The notes below the pieces were generated by a model. That model did not search any database and had not been told where the DNA came from. It saw nothing but the letters and a program-made list of their open reading frames with translations. From the NCBI RefSeq assembly GCF_044704955.1, contig NC_091985.1:115320001-115384000 (forward strand): 64,000 nucleotides of DNA, given 5' to 3'. The DNA is from Pristiophorus japonicus (Eukaryota). Position 1 is the first letter of the stretch; each line of letters begins with the position of its first letter. Of this stretch, positions 36,290-50,100 are shown one piece after another. A program made the translations under genes and the position numbers.

Positions 36290-38956
36290 AATGCTACAGT
36301 AAGGAGGGACATTAGTCTGGATGATGTGGAATCGGTATGGGTGGAGTTGCGGAATACCAAAGGGCAGAAAACGCTAGTGGGAGTTGTGTACAGACCACCA
36401 AACAGTTGTATTGAGGTTGGGGACAGCATCAAACAAGAAATAAGGGATGTGTGCAATAAAGGTACAGCAGTTATCATGGGTGACTTTAATCTACATATTG
36501 ATTGGGCTAACCAAACTGGTAGTAATGCGATGGAGGAGGATTTCCTGGAGTGTATTAGGGATGGTTTTCTCAACCAATATGTCGAGGAACCAACTAGAGC
36601 TGGCCATCCTAGACTGGATGATGTGTAATGAGAAGGGACTAATTAGCAATCTTGTTGTGCGACGCCACTTGGAGAAGAGTGACCATAATATGGTAGAATT
36701 CTTTATTAAGATGGAGAGTGACACAGTTAATTTGGAAACTAGGGTCCTGAACTTAAGGAAAGGTATCTTCGACGATATGACGCGTGAATTGGCTAGAATA
36801 GACTTGCAAAGGATACTTAAAAGGGTTGACGGTGGATAAGCAATGGCAAACATTTAAAGATCACATGGATGAACTTCAGCAATTGTACATCCCTGTCTGG
36901 AGTAAAAATAAAACGGGGAAGGTGGCTCAACCGTGGCTAACAAGAGAAATTAAGGATCGTGTTAAAAATAAAGGAAGAGGCATTTAAATTGGCTAGAAAA
37001 AGAAACAAACCGGAGGACTGGGAGAAATTTAGAATTCAACAGAGGAGGACTAAGGGTTTAATTAAGAGAGGGGAAATAGAGTACGAGAGGAAGCTTGCAG
37101 GAAACATAAAAACTGACTGCAAAAGCTTCTATAAATATGTGAAGAGAAAAAGATTAGTGAAGACAAACGTAGGTCCCTTGCAGTCGGATTCAGGTGCATT
37201 TATAATGGGGAACAAAGAAATGGCAGACCAAGTGAACAAATACTTTGGTTCTGTCTTCACGAAGGAAGACACGAATAACCTTCCAAATGTACTTGGGGTC
37301 AGTACAGTCTAGTGAGAAGGAGGAACTGAGGGATATCCTTATTAGGCGAGAAATTGTGTTAGGGGAATTGATGGGATTGAAGGATGATAAATCCCCGAGG
37401 CCTGATTGTCTGCATCCCAGAGTACTTAAGGAAGTGACCCTAGAAATAGTGGATGCATTGGTGATCATTTTCCAACAGTCTATCGACCCTGGATCAGTTC
37501 CTATGGACTGGAGGGTAGCTAATATAACACCACTTTTTAAAAAAGGAGAGAGAAAACGGGTAATTATAGACTGGTTAGCCTGACATCAGTAGTGGGGAAA
37601 ATGTTGGAATCAATCATTGAGGGAAATAACAGTGCATTTGGAAAGCAGTGACAGGATCGGTCCAAGACAGCATGGATTTATGAAAGGGAAAACATGCTTG
37701 GCGAATCTTCTGGAATTTTTTGAGGATGTAACTAGCAGAGTGGACAAGGGAGAACCAGTGGATGTGGTGTATTTGGACTTTCAAAAGGCTTTTGACAAAG
37801 TCCCGCACAAGAGATTGGTGTGCAAAGTCAAAGCGCATGGTATTGGTGGTAATGTACTGACGTGGATAGAGAACTAGTTGGCAGGCAGGAAGCAGAAAGT
37901 CAGGATAAACGGGTCCTTTTCAGAATGGCAGGCAGTGATTTGTGGAGTGCCGCAGAGCTCAGTGCTGGGACCCCAGCTCTTTACAATATACATTAACGAT
38001 TTGGATGAAGGAATTGAGTGTAATATCTCCAAGTTTGCAGATGACACTAAACTGGGTGGCAGTGTGAGCTGTGAGGAGGACGCTAAGAGGCTGCAGGGTG
38101 ACTTGGACAGGTTAGGTGAGTGGGCAAATGCATGGCAGATGCAGTATAATGTGGATAAATGTGAGGTTATCCATTTTGGGGGCAAAAACACGAAGGCAGA
38201 ATATTATCTGAATGGCAGCAGATTAGGAAAAGGGGAGGTGCAACGCGACCTGGGTTTTTCAGTCATTGAAGGTTGGCATGCAGGTACAACAGGTGGTGAA
38301 GGCGGCAAATGATATGTTGGCTTTCATAGCTAGGTGATTTGAGTATAGGAGCAGGGAGGTCTTACTGCAGTTGTACAGGGCCTTAGTAAGCCCTCACCTG
38401 GAATATTGTGTTCAGTTTTGGTCTCCTAATCTGAGGAAGGACGTTCTTGCTATTGAGGGAGTACAGCGAAGGTTCACCAGGCTAATTCCAGGGATGGCTG
38501 GACTATTATATGAGAGACTGGATCAACTGGGCTTTTATTCACTGGAGTTTAGAAGGATGAGAGGGGATCTCATAGAAACGTATAAGATTCTGACAGGACG
38601 GGACAGGTTAGATGCAGGATGAATGATCCCAATGTTGGGGAGGTCCAGAACCAGGGGACATAGTCTTAGGATAAGGGGTAGGCCATTTAGAACTGAGATG
38701 AGGAGAAACTTCTCACTCAGAGAGTTGTTAACCTGTGGAATTCTCTGCCGCAGTGATTTGTTGATGCCAGTTCATTGGATATATTCAAGAGGGAATTAGA
38801 TATGGCCCTTACGGCTAAGGGGATCAAGGGGTACGGAGAGAAAGCAGGAAAGGGGTACCGAGGGAATGATCAACCATGATCTTATTGAATGGCAGTGCAG
38901 GCTCGAAGTGCCGAATGGCCTACTCCTACACCTATTTTCTATGTTTCTATGTTTCT

Positions 38957-39220
38957 CTCTCTGTCCTCCCTCTCTGTCCCTCATTCTCTTTTTCTGTCTA
39001 TCCATCGCTTTTGCTCTCTCTCTCTCTGGCTCTATCTCCCTCTGTCTTTCATTCTCTGTCTCTCTTACCCCTGTGCCTCTAGTTCCTCTCTCTGTCTGAC
39101 TGTCTCTCTCTCTCTCTGTCCCTCACTCTCGTTCTTTCCTTCTATCACTCTCTTTCGCTCTATCACTCAAGTGTCCCTCTGTTCCTCTCTCTCACTGTCT
39201 TTTTCTCTCTCTGTCTCTGG
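38957..39220. repeat. CT-rich simple repeat
   Basis: (CT)n expansion that follows the CR1 tail. Confidence 0.88.
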
Positions 39221-39407
39221 ATGAGAATTTTGAAATCGAGGCATTGCTTAACCGGGAGCTAATCTAGGTCAGTGAGCTCAGGGGTGATGGGTGAACAGGA
39301 GTAGGTGCGAGTTAGGACATGGGCAGTTGACTTTTGGATGACCTCAAGATTATGTAGGGTTGAACGTGGGGGGCCAGCCAGGAGTGAGAAGAGAGACAAG
39401 ATATATA

Positions 39408-41355
39408 GGGCTAGATTTTACACTTTTGTGCAGATTGCCCAAAAATGGGCGTTATTTCCGGCGTGTACGGTAAAAATGGGTTTTCAGATCGCCGGCTTCT
39501 CGCCCATAATCAAAGCACCTAGTCTCCACTTTTGAAATTGGACATTACCACGAACGATACGAAAAAGGCGACAGCATTAAATCTCTCTGACCTTCTGCCT
39601 TAAAGTATCACCATCCTTAACAACGGCATGGCAACGCCCGATTTCTGCGATTCAGGAGGTCAAGGGTCATAATGACATGCTCAGAAGAGGAGACAGAGAG
39701 AGGGAGATGAGAGGGACTGAAAGCATATGTGGCTGTGGTGTGTGCTTCTTTGGCTGTTGAGGGAGGCACGAGGGAGATTCACCACCAGCAGCAAAAAGCC
39801 TACTAACCACCAAGAACATAGTTGACACCGAGTTTTTGTCCAACAAATAATATATATAACATGGAAGAGATGGTGGAGGCCCTGGATTTGGTAGCCAGGA
39901 ACACTGGTGGCAGAGGACTTCCAGTGGTCCTGGAGTGCGGCACTGCACCCCAAGGTGCAGCACCCCCATTGCCAATGACACAAGAGCCAGGAACATCTTG
40001 CTTCTGGCTTGGAGCATGTTCCCACCTCGGGACCATCCTCTCCCTTATCCGTCCAAGCAGCTGTTCGGCTATCATCCCCCCCCCTAATGAAGCATTGCCT
40101 GAGGAACTCCTCGTCCAGGCGGCATGGAGTCAGGAGGGGAAGGGGAAGGGTAGAGGTGGGGAGGAGAAGTGGAGGGGGGTGTGGAGGAAGGGCTGGTTTT
40201 TACAGAAATACTGATGATTTCAGACAAATGTTCAGTTTAAATGTTTTTTATTTAACAAAACCTTGTTGCGCACTGGCTCAGATAGCTGCACTATTGCACG
40301 CTGGTGATTCCTTATCAAAGGGTATAATTACACTTAACTTCAATCAACTTAAACTTTAATTGTCACCAATGATGTATGACCTGCACACTCAGCAGTGTGT
40401 CAGCCTTGTAAATACCACCAACGTTCTTTCAGGCAAAGCGCTCATTGATGAGCTCCTGAGATAAGGCTCTTGCAGCTATCATGCCACCACGGGCCCTTTC
40501 TTGCGGTCTACGGGGGGGGGGCAGTGGCATGGCTTCAGCGTCAGTCTGCTTGTCTGAGTCGATGTCAGCGTCCGCCTCCTCTTCCTCTCTTTGGTGAGGT
40601 GGACTGTCAGACTTTCAGGCAACTCTTGTGCCCTCCTGGTAGCCAAGTTGTGCAGCATGGAGCACACCACGACAACATCAGTCTGGCACATCTTACATTG
40701 GGCACATAATGCTGTGAGTGTATCTTCGGTCATCTCAAGCCTGCAACATGTAATTGGTCATCAAGACAGGGTGAGAAAGGACAGGCCCCATTGCAATAGC
40801 TCTGTTTCCAACCGATTGGTCTCAAAGAATGAATGTCACGACGAAGACACATATTAAATTCCAATCATTCACAGTATAGTAAAGATGTTTGTACAGATGT
40901 TCACATCACCTCCAAATACCTCCAGAGTACATCCGAACTCCCCTGAGGTTAAAGCAGAACATCCTTTTAAAGAATGCGACATGTGATGTAGAACATGGCA
41001 TCCATAACGCTGTGATTAGTTCCAGTTAGTTCCACTTTTTCCGGGCGTTTATTTGGGCGAGCGATATAGTGGGCGATATGTGTGCGAGGTGATGAAAGTG
41101 ACGCTGGGCGATCTCACGGCCATTAGTTTTGGCCAATGTGATCTTTAAGACAAAAAAAGTGAGCGAGCAGTATTATTTTTTCCCAGCGTTACGCACATGG
41201 GGAAAGTAACACTCGGCGATAAGTTTCCGAAAAATGCCCGGTCAGTTTCCATTTTGTGGCTAAATAGGCGATATATGGCCGTTATACGTCATTTCAGCGG
41301 TAAAATGGACATTAAGTGAGCGTTAAGCATGCAAAAAAAGTGGAAAATCTAGCCC
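39408..41355. mobile_element. PIF/Harbinger transposon deletion derivative 1
   Basis: TIRs GGGCTAGATTTT(A)CACTTTT and AAAAGTGGAAAATCTAGCCC. Minus-strand transposase C-terminal remnant VVVVCSMLHNLATRR (40479-40733). Subterminal regions are homologous to 41468-44581. Flanks ATA/ATC. Confidence 0.82.
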
Positions 41356-41467
41356 ATCGAGAGACATCAACAGAGAGATAGAGACACAGAAACAGAAGGA
41401 CAGAGTCACCTGTCTATTGGTGCGAGGGACCGATATTCTCAGGGGACTTTCACATTCCAGACTCTAT

Positions 41468-44400
41468 GGGCTAGAACCTCCACTTTGGTGCTTATCGTCC
41501 AAAAATGGGCATTATTTCCGGCGTGGGCAGTAATAAAGGATTTTCAGATCGCCGGCTTCTCGCCCATTCTCAAAACACCTAGTTTCCATTTTTGAAAATG
41601 GGCGTTACCGCGAGCGATATGAAATAGGCGGTAGTGTTAAATCTCTCTGACCTTCTGCCTTAAAGTATCGCATCCTTAGCAACGGCATGGCAATACTGAT
41701 TCCTGTGATTCAGGAGGTCAAAGGTCATAATGACATGCGCAGAAGAGGAGACAGAGAGAGAGGGAGCTCAGAGGGACTGAAGGCGTGTCTGGGTGTGGCA
41801 TGGCTGCTTTGGAGGGAGACTTTAGAGCTTCACAGCAAGTAGGCAAACAAAAATTAGCTGTTACCAGCCACATATTTGACTGCATTTGGCCTATAATGGA
41901 GAGGAGGAGGCATCACAGCACGCTATGGAGACTGACGCTGGAGAGAGCAGTGTGGGAGAGGAGCACATTGGGGGGCGCAAAAGAGCCAGGAGGTTCTCAG
42001 ACGATGCAAATGCCTCCCTCCTGCAGGAGGTTGAGTTATGCTGGGGTGATTTGACACAGGGACGGCATAGGAAGCCCACCCCAAAGGCATACCAGAAGAT
42101 ATGGACCGAGATAGCAGAGGTGGTCTTCGGCGACCAATGAGGTGCAAGAGGGCAATCAATGCCGCAAACGATGGAACGACCTTGTGGGATCCGCAAGAGT
42201 AACTAATACATTGATTTACATGTACTTATGTATTTATATAATTTGATTTGTAACAGTCATGAGTGACTATCATCAGATGTGAGGTCTTTCACTTTTACCA
42301 GTAATGTTTTACTCAAAGCCTGTGGTCACGGTGCACGTCTTTAGGTAAAGAATGATAATTTCTTAATAATCATGATTACATCTGTTGGTTATGTGTTGTA
42401 TCATTGTCTGTGACAGTACCTAGCAATGATATCACGCAATGATCTCAAGCCATGTCATCCTGTCACCTTTTACAGAAGAAGCTATCGACGATGAGGTCCA
42501 GACACAGGTGAATGGGTGGGGGGCACCAGTCCCCAGCTACATCATCGACATGTAAGAGCGTGTGCTCGCACTCGTGGGGTACCACCCCCGGACAGCCATG
42601 GACGCATCTGCAGACCCTGAAGTGATGCCACGTGAGTAAAGCTTACACCATTGCGCAATGTAATGTCAATAGATGCCACACCCACTCATATCCAAACATT
42701 CGTATATGATAGATGATTTCTAAAATAGTCATAGAAATAATGATGGCCTAATGAAAATCATTGCAATGCAAATGTGTTGGTGGTCATGAAATGTAATGTC
42801 TGCGATGATTTTGAGAGCGGTGGTGCTTTTGTCGTGCATATGCTGTATGTAGCGCTGGACTCACCTTGTGACCCTAGCACCCCATTCTCCTCTAATAACC
42901 TCATTTGTGTTTTTCAGCTCAGCCAGCAGCGCGTCCCAAGGCAAGACCACAGAGGCCAGAAGGTGAGGGCGTGGAACAGGAGTCGACGGACAATCCTACG
43001 TCTGGTGCTAAAGAGCTCCGATTCTCGCCCATCAATCCGCTGGGTCTGTTCTCCACAGATGAGAGCATGGATTTCGAGGAACCTGCATCGCCACACTCCA
43101 GAAGCCATTCCACCCGAAGGCTATCTAGTGGTCCTCCGGTCATTCCCATCTCCACTGGAGGTACCGGCCCCAAGCACCTCGCCACAGGGCACCCAATTTG
43201 TCCTCAGCACTGCGCCGATCCCACGGAGGTCCCGTGAACACGACAGGTCTGTTCCACATGCACCACATGACAGCGGAGAAATCGTACAGTTTTCCAGGAG
43301 GACTGTAGACATTGGTGAATAGCTCATCGAAGCATTGGGGAGCATATCCCGACAGCTGGCCACCATGACGGAGTACATTCCGCGGATGGCGGAGACCCTG
43401 GATGCGATAGCCAGGAACACTGCTGACACAGGCCTCCCAGTGGTCCCCAAGCGCGACACTCCACTGCTAGTTCCGCACCACCGCTGCGAACGACAGATGA
43501 GAGCAAGGACCAAGATCCTGCTTCTGCATCAGAGAATGTTGCCCCCTTGGCATCCCCCGCTCCCGTACCCATGCAACGACCGCATCTACCTTCATCCCCA
43601 ATGAGGCACCGCCTGAGGAGCTCCTCAGCCGTGGAGCGAGGAGGGGAAGGGGTAGAGATGGGGAGAAGAAGGGGAGGGGGGGAAGGAAAGTGAGGTGCAT
43701 GTCCGCAGGTGATGGCAGTGTTATATCTCCATCTGGGTGTATGCAATTTGTTGCAATGTATCGGGGCTGGGGACCACGCTCCAGCTTTGCCTTTGTATTC
43801 TGTGTTGCTGGACATGTTGAACATGTGATTGATGTCAGTGGTGGAAAAAGTGTGGTGTGGGCGGGGATACTTATGATTTCAGACCAATGTTGGTATAACA
43901 TTTTTGTGATTGAACATAACCTTGTTGCGCATTGTCTCAGATACCTGCACCGTTGCACACTGTTGATTCCGTAACATGAAAGGGGTTAAATACAACTTAA
44001 CATCAATCAACGTAAACTTTAACTGGCACCATTGATGTCTGAGCTGCACACACATAGCAGTGTGTCAGCGTTGTCACTCTCATCAACGCTCTTTCAAGCA
44101 AATTCTTCAGATTTCAGCTCCTCACGTAAGAGTGGGATTTTAAAAATACCAGCCACACCGCTGGCATTCGTTCAGAACAGTTCCACCTTTTGAGGGCGTT
44201 TTTTTGGGCGAGCGATATTGTGGGCGATGTGTGTGCGAGGTGGGAAAAGTGACGGTGGGCGATCTCCTGGGCGTTAGTTTCGCCAAATGAGCTCTTTACG
44301 ACAAAAAAGTGGGCGGACGGGATTATTGAATTTCGCCGTTAATTCCGTGCGGAAAGTAATGCTTGGCGATACTATGGGCGTTGGTTTCGCTCATTCTGAT

Positions 44401-44581
44401 GATTCCGCCCAAAAAAAGGGGCCGGCGGTAATATTTGTTCCTGGCGTCAACCACATGGGAAAGTAACGCTCAGCGATAAGTTTTCTAAAAATGCCCAAAA
44501 TGGGCATTATATGGTCGTTATACGTCATTTCAGTCGTTAAATGGGCGTTAAACATGCAAAAAAAAGTGGAGGTTCTAGCCC
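41468..44581 (+). mobile_element. PIF/Harbinger transposon deletion derivative 2 with Myb/SANT-like gene relic
   Basis: Perfect 19-bp TIR GGGCTAGAACCTCCACTTT and 3-bp TSD TAT on both sides. Relic ORF RKRARRFSDDANASLLQEV..KIWTEIAEVV..QCRKRWNDL (~41925-42198) is followed by GT..AG intron-like spacers. No transposase. Confidence 0.9.
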
Positions 44582-45443
44582 TATGAAAACTTTGTTGCTC
44601 CTGACTCTGCCTGCCCACTAATCTGAGTACATACGCTTTATCCCTGCTCTCTGACTCATACTTCCCAATCCATTTCCAATTCAACAGGCTACTTCCAATT
44701 CCATACATTCTCATTTTTGATAGCAATAACATCTCTCCACATTGGGAAATTGAACCCTGGTATCCCTGGTTATAGATGGGCACACTGAGCATTATGGGCA
44801 CAATGAGGAAATAATACTAATGACCTGGCTAGGAGTGACGCCCCCATAAGCTCACGAAAGGCATTAACCGCTTCGAGTGAGACTGGAGGGGTCAACTGCT
44901 CCTTTTAGGGATTAATCAATTACTGTGCGACTGGAGGGGTAGTACACTTCCTTCAGGAATCATCCACGTAGTCTGGGACTGAAGGGAGGCAGGGTATCTT
45001 CCCCGAATGACACGATTGGGTTTTTTCCTCAATCCGGAATTTTTTATGGTTATTAATCCACAAATTGCCAGATATTTTTGAACTGTGGGAATTGAACACC
45101 ATCCAGTTCGATTCCAGTCCTATGGCCACTAAAGTTCCATACCTGACCTGTGAGCACTTTGTTATCTTTAGCAGTCCAGAGCCGGCACTGAGTTAGAAAC
45201 CAGAAATGGGAGTGTGATATCAAAGGAAGGAATTGGTGCTGAACCTTTAAATAATTGGTGAGTACCTTTTAAATACCACCTACAAGTTAGAGTTGAAAAA
45301 CTGTTTACAGGAAAGGAGGAAATCTGTAGAAAGAACAAAGAGAGGACAGAGATCAAGGATAAGGATGATTTGGGGTATGAGTAGGCTCTAACACGGTCAA
45401 CCGGGGCACGGTACTAACGAATAAGTATCAGTCAGGAGATGCG

Positions 45444-46950
45444 ATGGAAGTACAAGAGTAGCCCACTAAGGGAAAGGTAGCCCCTTAGCAATCTTAGAAT
45501 AGCGGGCGAATACAACTGGGGACCCGAGGGATCTATAGGGAAAATGCTAGCAGATAAAAACATGAGACTAATTGAGGGAATGAAGAAAAAGGGATGGCAA
45601 CCAGACGACCCACCGGAGGCAGGCGAAGTGGTGGGAGTGCCAGACAAGAAGTATTAGCCTGCTATTGGGAACAAAATAAAGAGAAGGAAAGGAAGGATAA
45701 AATAATACAGGAACTAAAAGCTAAAATAAAAAAGATAGAAGAGGCAGAAGTAAGCAGTAGGAATGGTACAACATGTGCAGCAGTAACTGGGTGACCTACA
45801 GTGCCACCTACCCCACTGCCTGCACCGGTACTAATATATCCCCCACTGGAAGTTTTAAGTGAAGAAATAGAGAATAGTGGGGGACCAGAGTTGGCTCGCA
45901 AATATAATCCAGACGATGACGACTGGGGAAGAGAAGTTGGACCTCCCCCATACCAGAAGGTACGGGCAGCCCCGATCAAGGTAGAATCTGTACCCGGCAC
46001 CCCAGCTGTCCCAGCAGTACCGGCTGCCGGAGGCAACCTGGGCGCGCCCACAATACCTGCCGTGACGCCTCAGATAAAAACCACCTATGTGTCACTGACA
46101 CCCGGGGACACATTGAAGTTATTACAAATGCCACCCATGTTAGAGAGGAGACGAAGTACTGAACAGTTTGGGCAGAAAATACGGGAAATAAGAATATGCC
46201 ACAGCCTTCACAACCGAGATGTTGTGTTAGGTAGTAAGCGTTAGTTAGTAACAGCACAAATGACTGAAGAAATGTGGCAACAGTTGGGACAACGACACTT
46301 GGTGTGCGATGATAGCCCCCACCATTGCGCAGTCGGAGGCAGAATATCAGGCGTTTAAAGCAAACGTAACTTGGGTAGCAGGAGCAATACCCATAAACTG
46401 GGGAATAATCATGGGGGTCACTCAAAACAAGGGGCAATCCGCACATGACTATGAAGAGCGGAAATGGGTGAACTTCCAAATGTACTCGGGAATACTGAAT
46501 CCCACCAGGGATAATCAAGCATTCCTAAAAATATACAAAGACGGGTTGAATACTGCACTCGAAGACATATTAAAAACAGGGCTAGTCATAATGCAAAACT
46601 ATGACGGCTTATCCAGACTGGCGTCTGAGCTGGATGCTACTCAGAAAAGGAAAGTAGCTTCGGTAGAAGCGCATGTGGCCACAGTGGCAGCAGCTGCGGA
46701 AGGAACGAGTGAGGAAGGAAAACTACACCCAGCCCCCTTGACTTGTTTTCATTGTGGAAAAGACGGCCACTTTAGTGGAGAGTGCCAGCATATAAAAGCG
46801 GCTCAAGGGAGGAGTGGGCAATCAAGGCCGAAGTGCCAGAACTGTGACAAATTAGACCATACAGCGAGGAAATGCTGGGCTAAGGGGGAGGGGCGGAAGA
46901 ACAGGGACCCAGACAGATTAGAGGAGCCCCAGGAGGAGAACCACCCCTGA
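45444..46950 (+). pseudogene. gag: ERV gag (disrupted)
   Basis: PPPY late domain (45942-45953). Two CCHC knuckles, CFHCGKDGHFSGEC and CQNCDKLDHTARKC. Confidence 0.85.
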
Positions 46951-47119
46951 CCAAGGGAGAAGTGGTAGCGCTCCTTAGAGAAGCTCGGCGGACTCTGTGA
47001 CCATCCCCCTCCGCAAGAGACGCTTGCTAACGAGGATGTCATAAGTATGCTACAGTTGGCAGCCACTCAATAGGGGCTACTGGCCCCCGGTGAAGATGTG
47101 GAACCACAAAGAGAGGACC

Positions 47120-50100
47120 CAAGAATGTTAGTGCAATGTTAGGGGGCTGGCATTGTGGGATGCTGATAGACACGGGAGCGTCAATATCCATAACTAATCT
47201 AGACTTACCCCTTACCAAGGAAACGATCAGCATGCAACGAGTGGGAGGAGGTAACAGAAAGGCAACTTTAAGTGAAATTGTACTATTGGAAGTACAGGGG
47301 GTAATACTACCCACCCAGTATTGGTGCTGCCCCAATCCCAAAGGCACCATATTAGGATAGAAATATTAAGGGAAATAGGGGTACTCGTAACCGAGTAGTC
47401 TGGGGAGACGAGCATCAAACTCAGTGTAAATTTAACCACCCGGGCCATCAGCAGCAGCAGGTGCCTGGGATCTGTCCAATAGATCCCGAGTGGGAAACAA
47501 AGGGTGCTTGGGGAAGTATATGTCAGTTATACCCTGCCCTATGGGCCCAACACAAACAGGACTGTGGGTTGATGGGGCCCGGGCCAGTCAAGATCCCAGG
47601 CGCAGAACATAAAGCCCACAGGCAACACCCGCTGAAGCCCAACGCTGAAGCAGCTGTCCTTCAGATAGTGAAAGAATTGGAAAGGCAAAGGGTGGTGAGA
47701 CAAACAATAGCTACAAACAACTCACCAGTATGGCCGGTAAAGAAACCAGACGCCTCATATAGGCTGACAATAAACTATACTGTCTTAAATAAAGTTACAC
47801 CCCGGGAGCACCCGATAGTGGCCAGCCCGACAACTATTTTCAATGGCTTGGGCCCGGAACATAAAATATTCACCGTATTGGATATAGCAAATGGATTTTG
47901 GGCCATACCCTTAGACAAAGGGTCACAAGGGAAGTTCGCCTTCACTGTAAGAGGAAAGCAGTATACATGGACTAGAGTGCCCCAAGGATTCCATAACAGC
48001 CCAAGTAAATTCCACCGGACGCTGGCTGGGGTCCTGGAGCCAACAGATGTAGGGGAAGTAAGTACCCTCTTACAATATGTTGACGACAGAGCGTCCACCA
48101 CGGAGAAACAGCACGTGCTGACATTGACCACGGTGCTTGGGGCCCTACAACAGGCAGGGCTGAAAGCCAGTCAAAAAAAGGCCAAGATAGAGAAGGGCCA
48201 AGTCACATACCTAGGGTACATAGTAACACAAGGAAAAAGGCAGAGGATAGGAAGGAGGCCATTAGGACAATGCCAAAGGCAGGGACCGTAAAGGGAGTCA
48301 GACAGGTAGTAGGACTGTTTAATTACTGTCGGAACTTTATTCCAGTATATGCAGAAATGGCTCAGCCCATACAAGATTGGGTAAAAGGAGGAAAGCCCTC
48401 CCAAGAGCTGGTAGACTGGGGCTCCGAACAAGAAGCAGCCTTTCAACAGCTGAAACAGGCCCTTATGAGCGCCCCCACCCTGAGAGTACCGGACCAGAAT
48501 AAGCCCTTCCATGTTTATAATCACCAGAGCAAAAATCACTATAATGCAGTGGTGGCCCAGCAACATGGGGACAAGCAATGACCGGTGAGTATTACTCCTC
48601 TAAGCAACAACCTGTAGCTGCAGGATTATCTAGATGTGTAGCCGCTCTCGACTGCGCAGGCAGGGCAGTCAGAATTAGTGAACCCATAGTAATGTCAGGA
48701 CAAATTATCCTACATACGCAACATACCCTGGTAGAGCTATTAAACACGGGGAGACTGAGAACAATGTCAGACGCAAGAGCGACATGGGAAGCGGTACTAA
48801 TACCCCCGAGCAGCACAGTAACAATAGTAAAAGATAGCAGTAACAACCCCACAGGATGGATCATTACAGAAGGCCACGTTCATGAACGTAACCCGATAGA
48901 GGGGGCAGAGGAAAGTAGCTCGATAAAAGAAGAGCCACTCGAGGGAGCAGAAATGGACCTTTACATACACGGGTCCCATCGGTACATCGACCGAAAGCCC
49001 CAAACGGGTGGGCGGTAGTAGACGGTGAAGGGCAAACACGGGGAGTTGGGCAGTTAGAAGGGAGCCTTTTGGCCCAAGTGCCGAATTAGTCGCCCTAACA
49101 GAAGCCCTCAAATGGGCAAAAGGTAAAAGGGTAAAAATATATAGACAGCCAATACGCGTTTGGGGTGGTCCACGATACTATGGTAGCCTGGTGTCGGCGA
49201 GGTTATATGACATTGGGGAGAGGACCAATTCGACACGAGAACATCGTTAAGGAACTGGTAAAGGCTTCCCTCCAGCCCCAGGAGGAACTGGTAAAGGCTT
49301 CCCTCCAGCCCCAGGAATGTGCAATAGTACAGATCAAAGCCCATAAGAAAATTACTGACAGACATCAGCAAGGTAATGCATGGGCGGATGAGGCAGCTAA
49401 GTGAGCGGCAGAAGTACGGGGCCTACGGGCTAAAATAAGTGCCTGTGCACTTGGGCCGGAAGAAGTAAATATGTTTAAAGTACAGGAGGCAACCATACAG
49501 CAGGATTAAGATGAATGGAAAAGACAGGGAGCTAAACAAGGCGCGGATGGAATCCGGAGGAAAGATTGTAATGTGGTAGCCCCAGAGTGCATACAACAAA
49601 ACTTATTGAGTATATACCACGGGTATGCGCATACAGGTAAGACCAGCATGACGAGTTCAATGTCCCAATGCTGGTGGTGGAAGGGATTGGGAAGAGATAT
49701 TGAAAATTACTGTAGGAAGTGCTTAACATGCGTAAAGCATAACCCAGGTGGAAAAATAAAGGTCAGAATGGGACATCAACCCTGAACAAAGGGACCATGG
49801 GAAAACCTGCAGATAAACTTCACGGGCCCGTTGCCCAATCACCAGGGAAAAACATATTGTTTGGTTATAATAGATCAATTCACAAAATGGATAGAAGCAT
49901 TCGCAACTAGAAATTGCTCAGCTGAGACGGTGGCTAGAATATTAGGAGAAATTATACCTAGGTGGGGAATGTCCCTACAGATAGATTCAGATCAGGGTAC
50001 ACACTTCACGGGTAAAGTAATGAAATAAGCATGCGCCCTACTGGGAATCAAGCAGAAATGTCATATCCCCTATCATCCGGAATCGTCCGGATTAGTAGGA

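Larger units (their letters stand above)
32700..38956 (+). mobile_element. Near full-length CR1 LINE (5' UTR, ORF1, ORF2, tail) with two nested young CR1s
   Basis: GC-rich 5' UTR. ORF1 ATG at 32986 (C..C..W..C..C) continues at 34336-35031 with an SGNH esterase (AVVIGDSIVRG, HIGTND, GLHL). APE motifs GITETWL, YRPPN, MGDFN and RT motifs to 38870. (TTTCTATG)n tail. Many stops and frameshifts. Confidence 0.92.

Noticed and set aside
49250-49316. 33-bp tandem duplication in ERV RNase H (ELVKASLQPQE x2)
   Set aside because: Real, but best explained as post-insertion decay.
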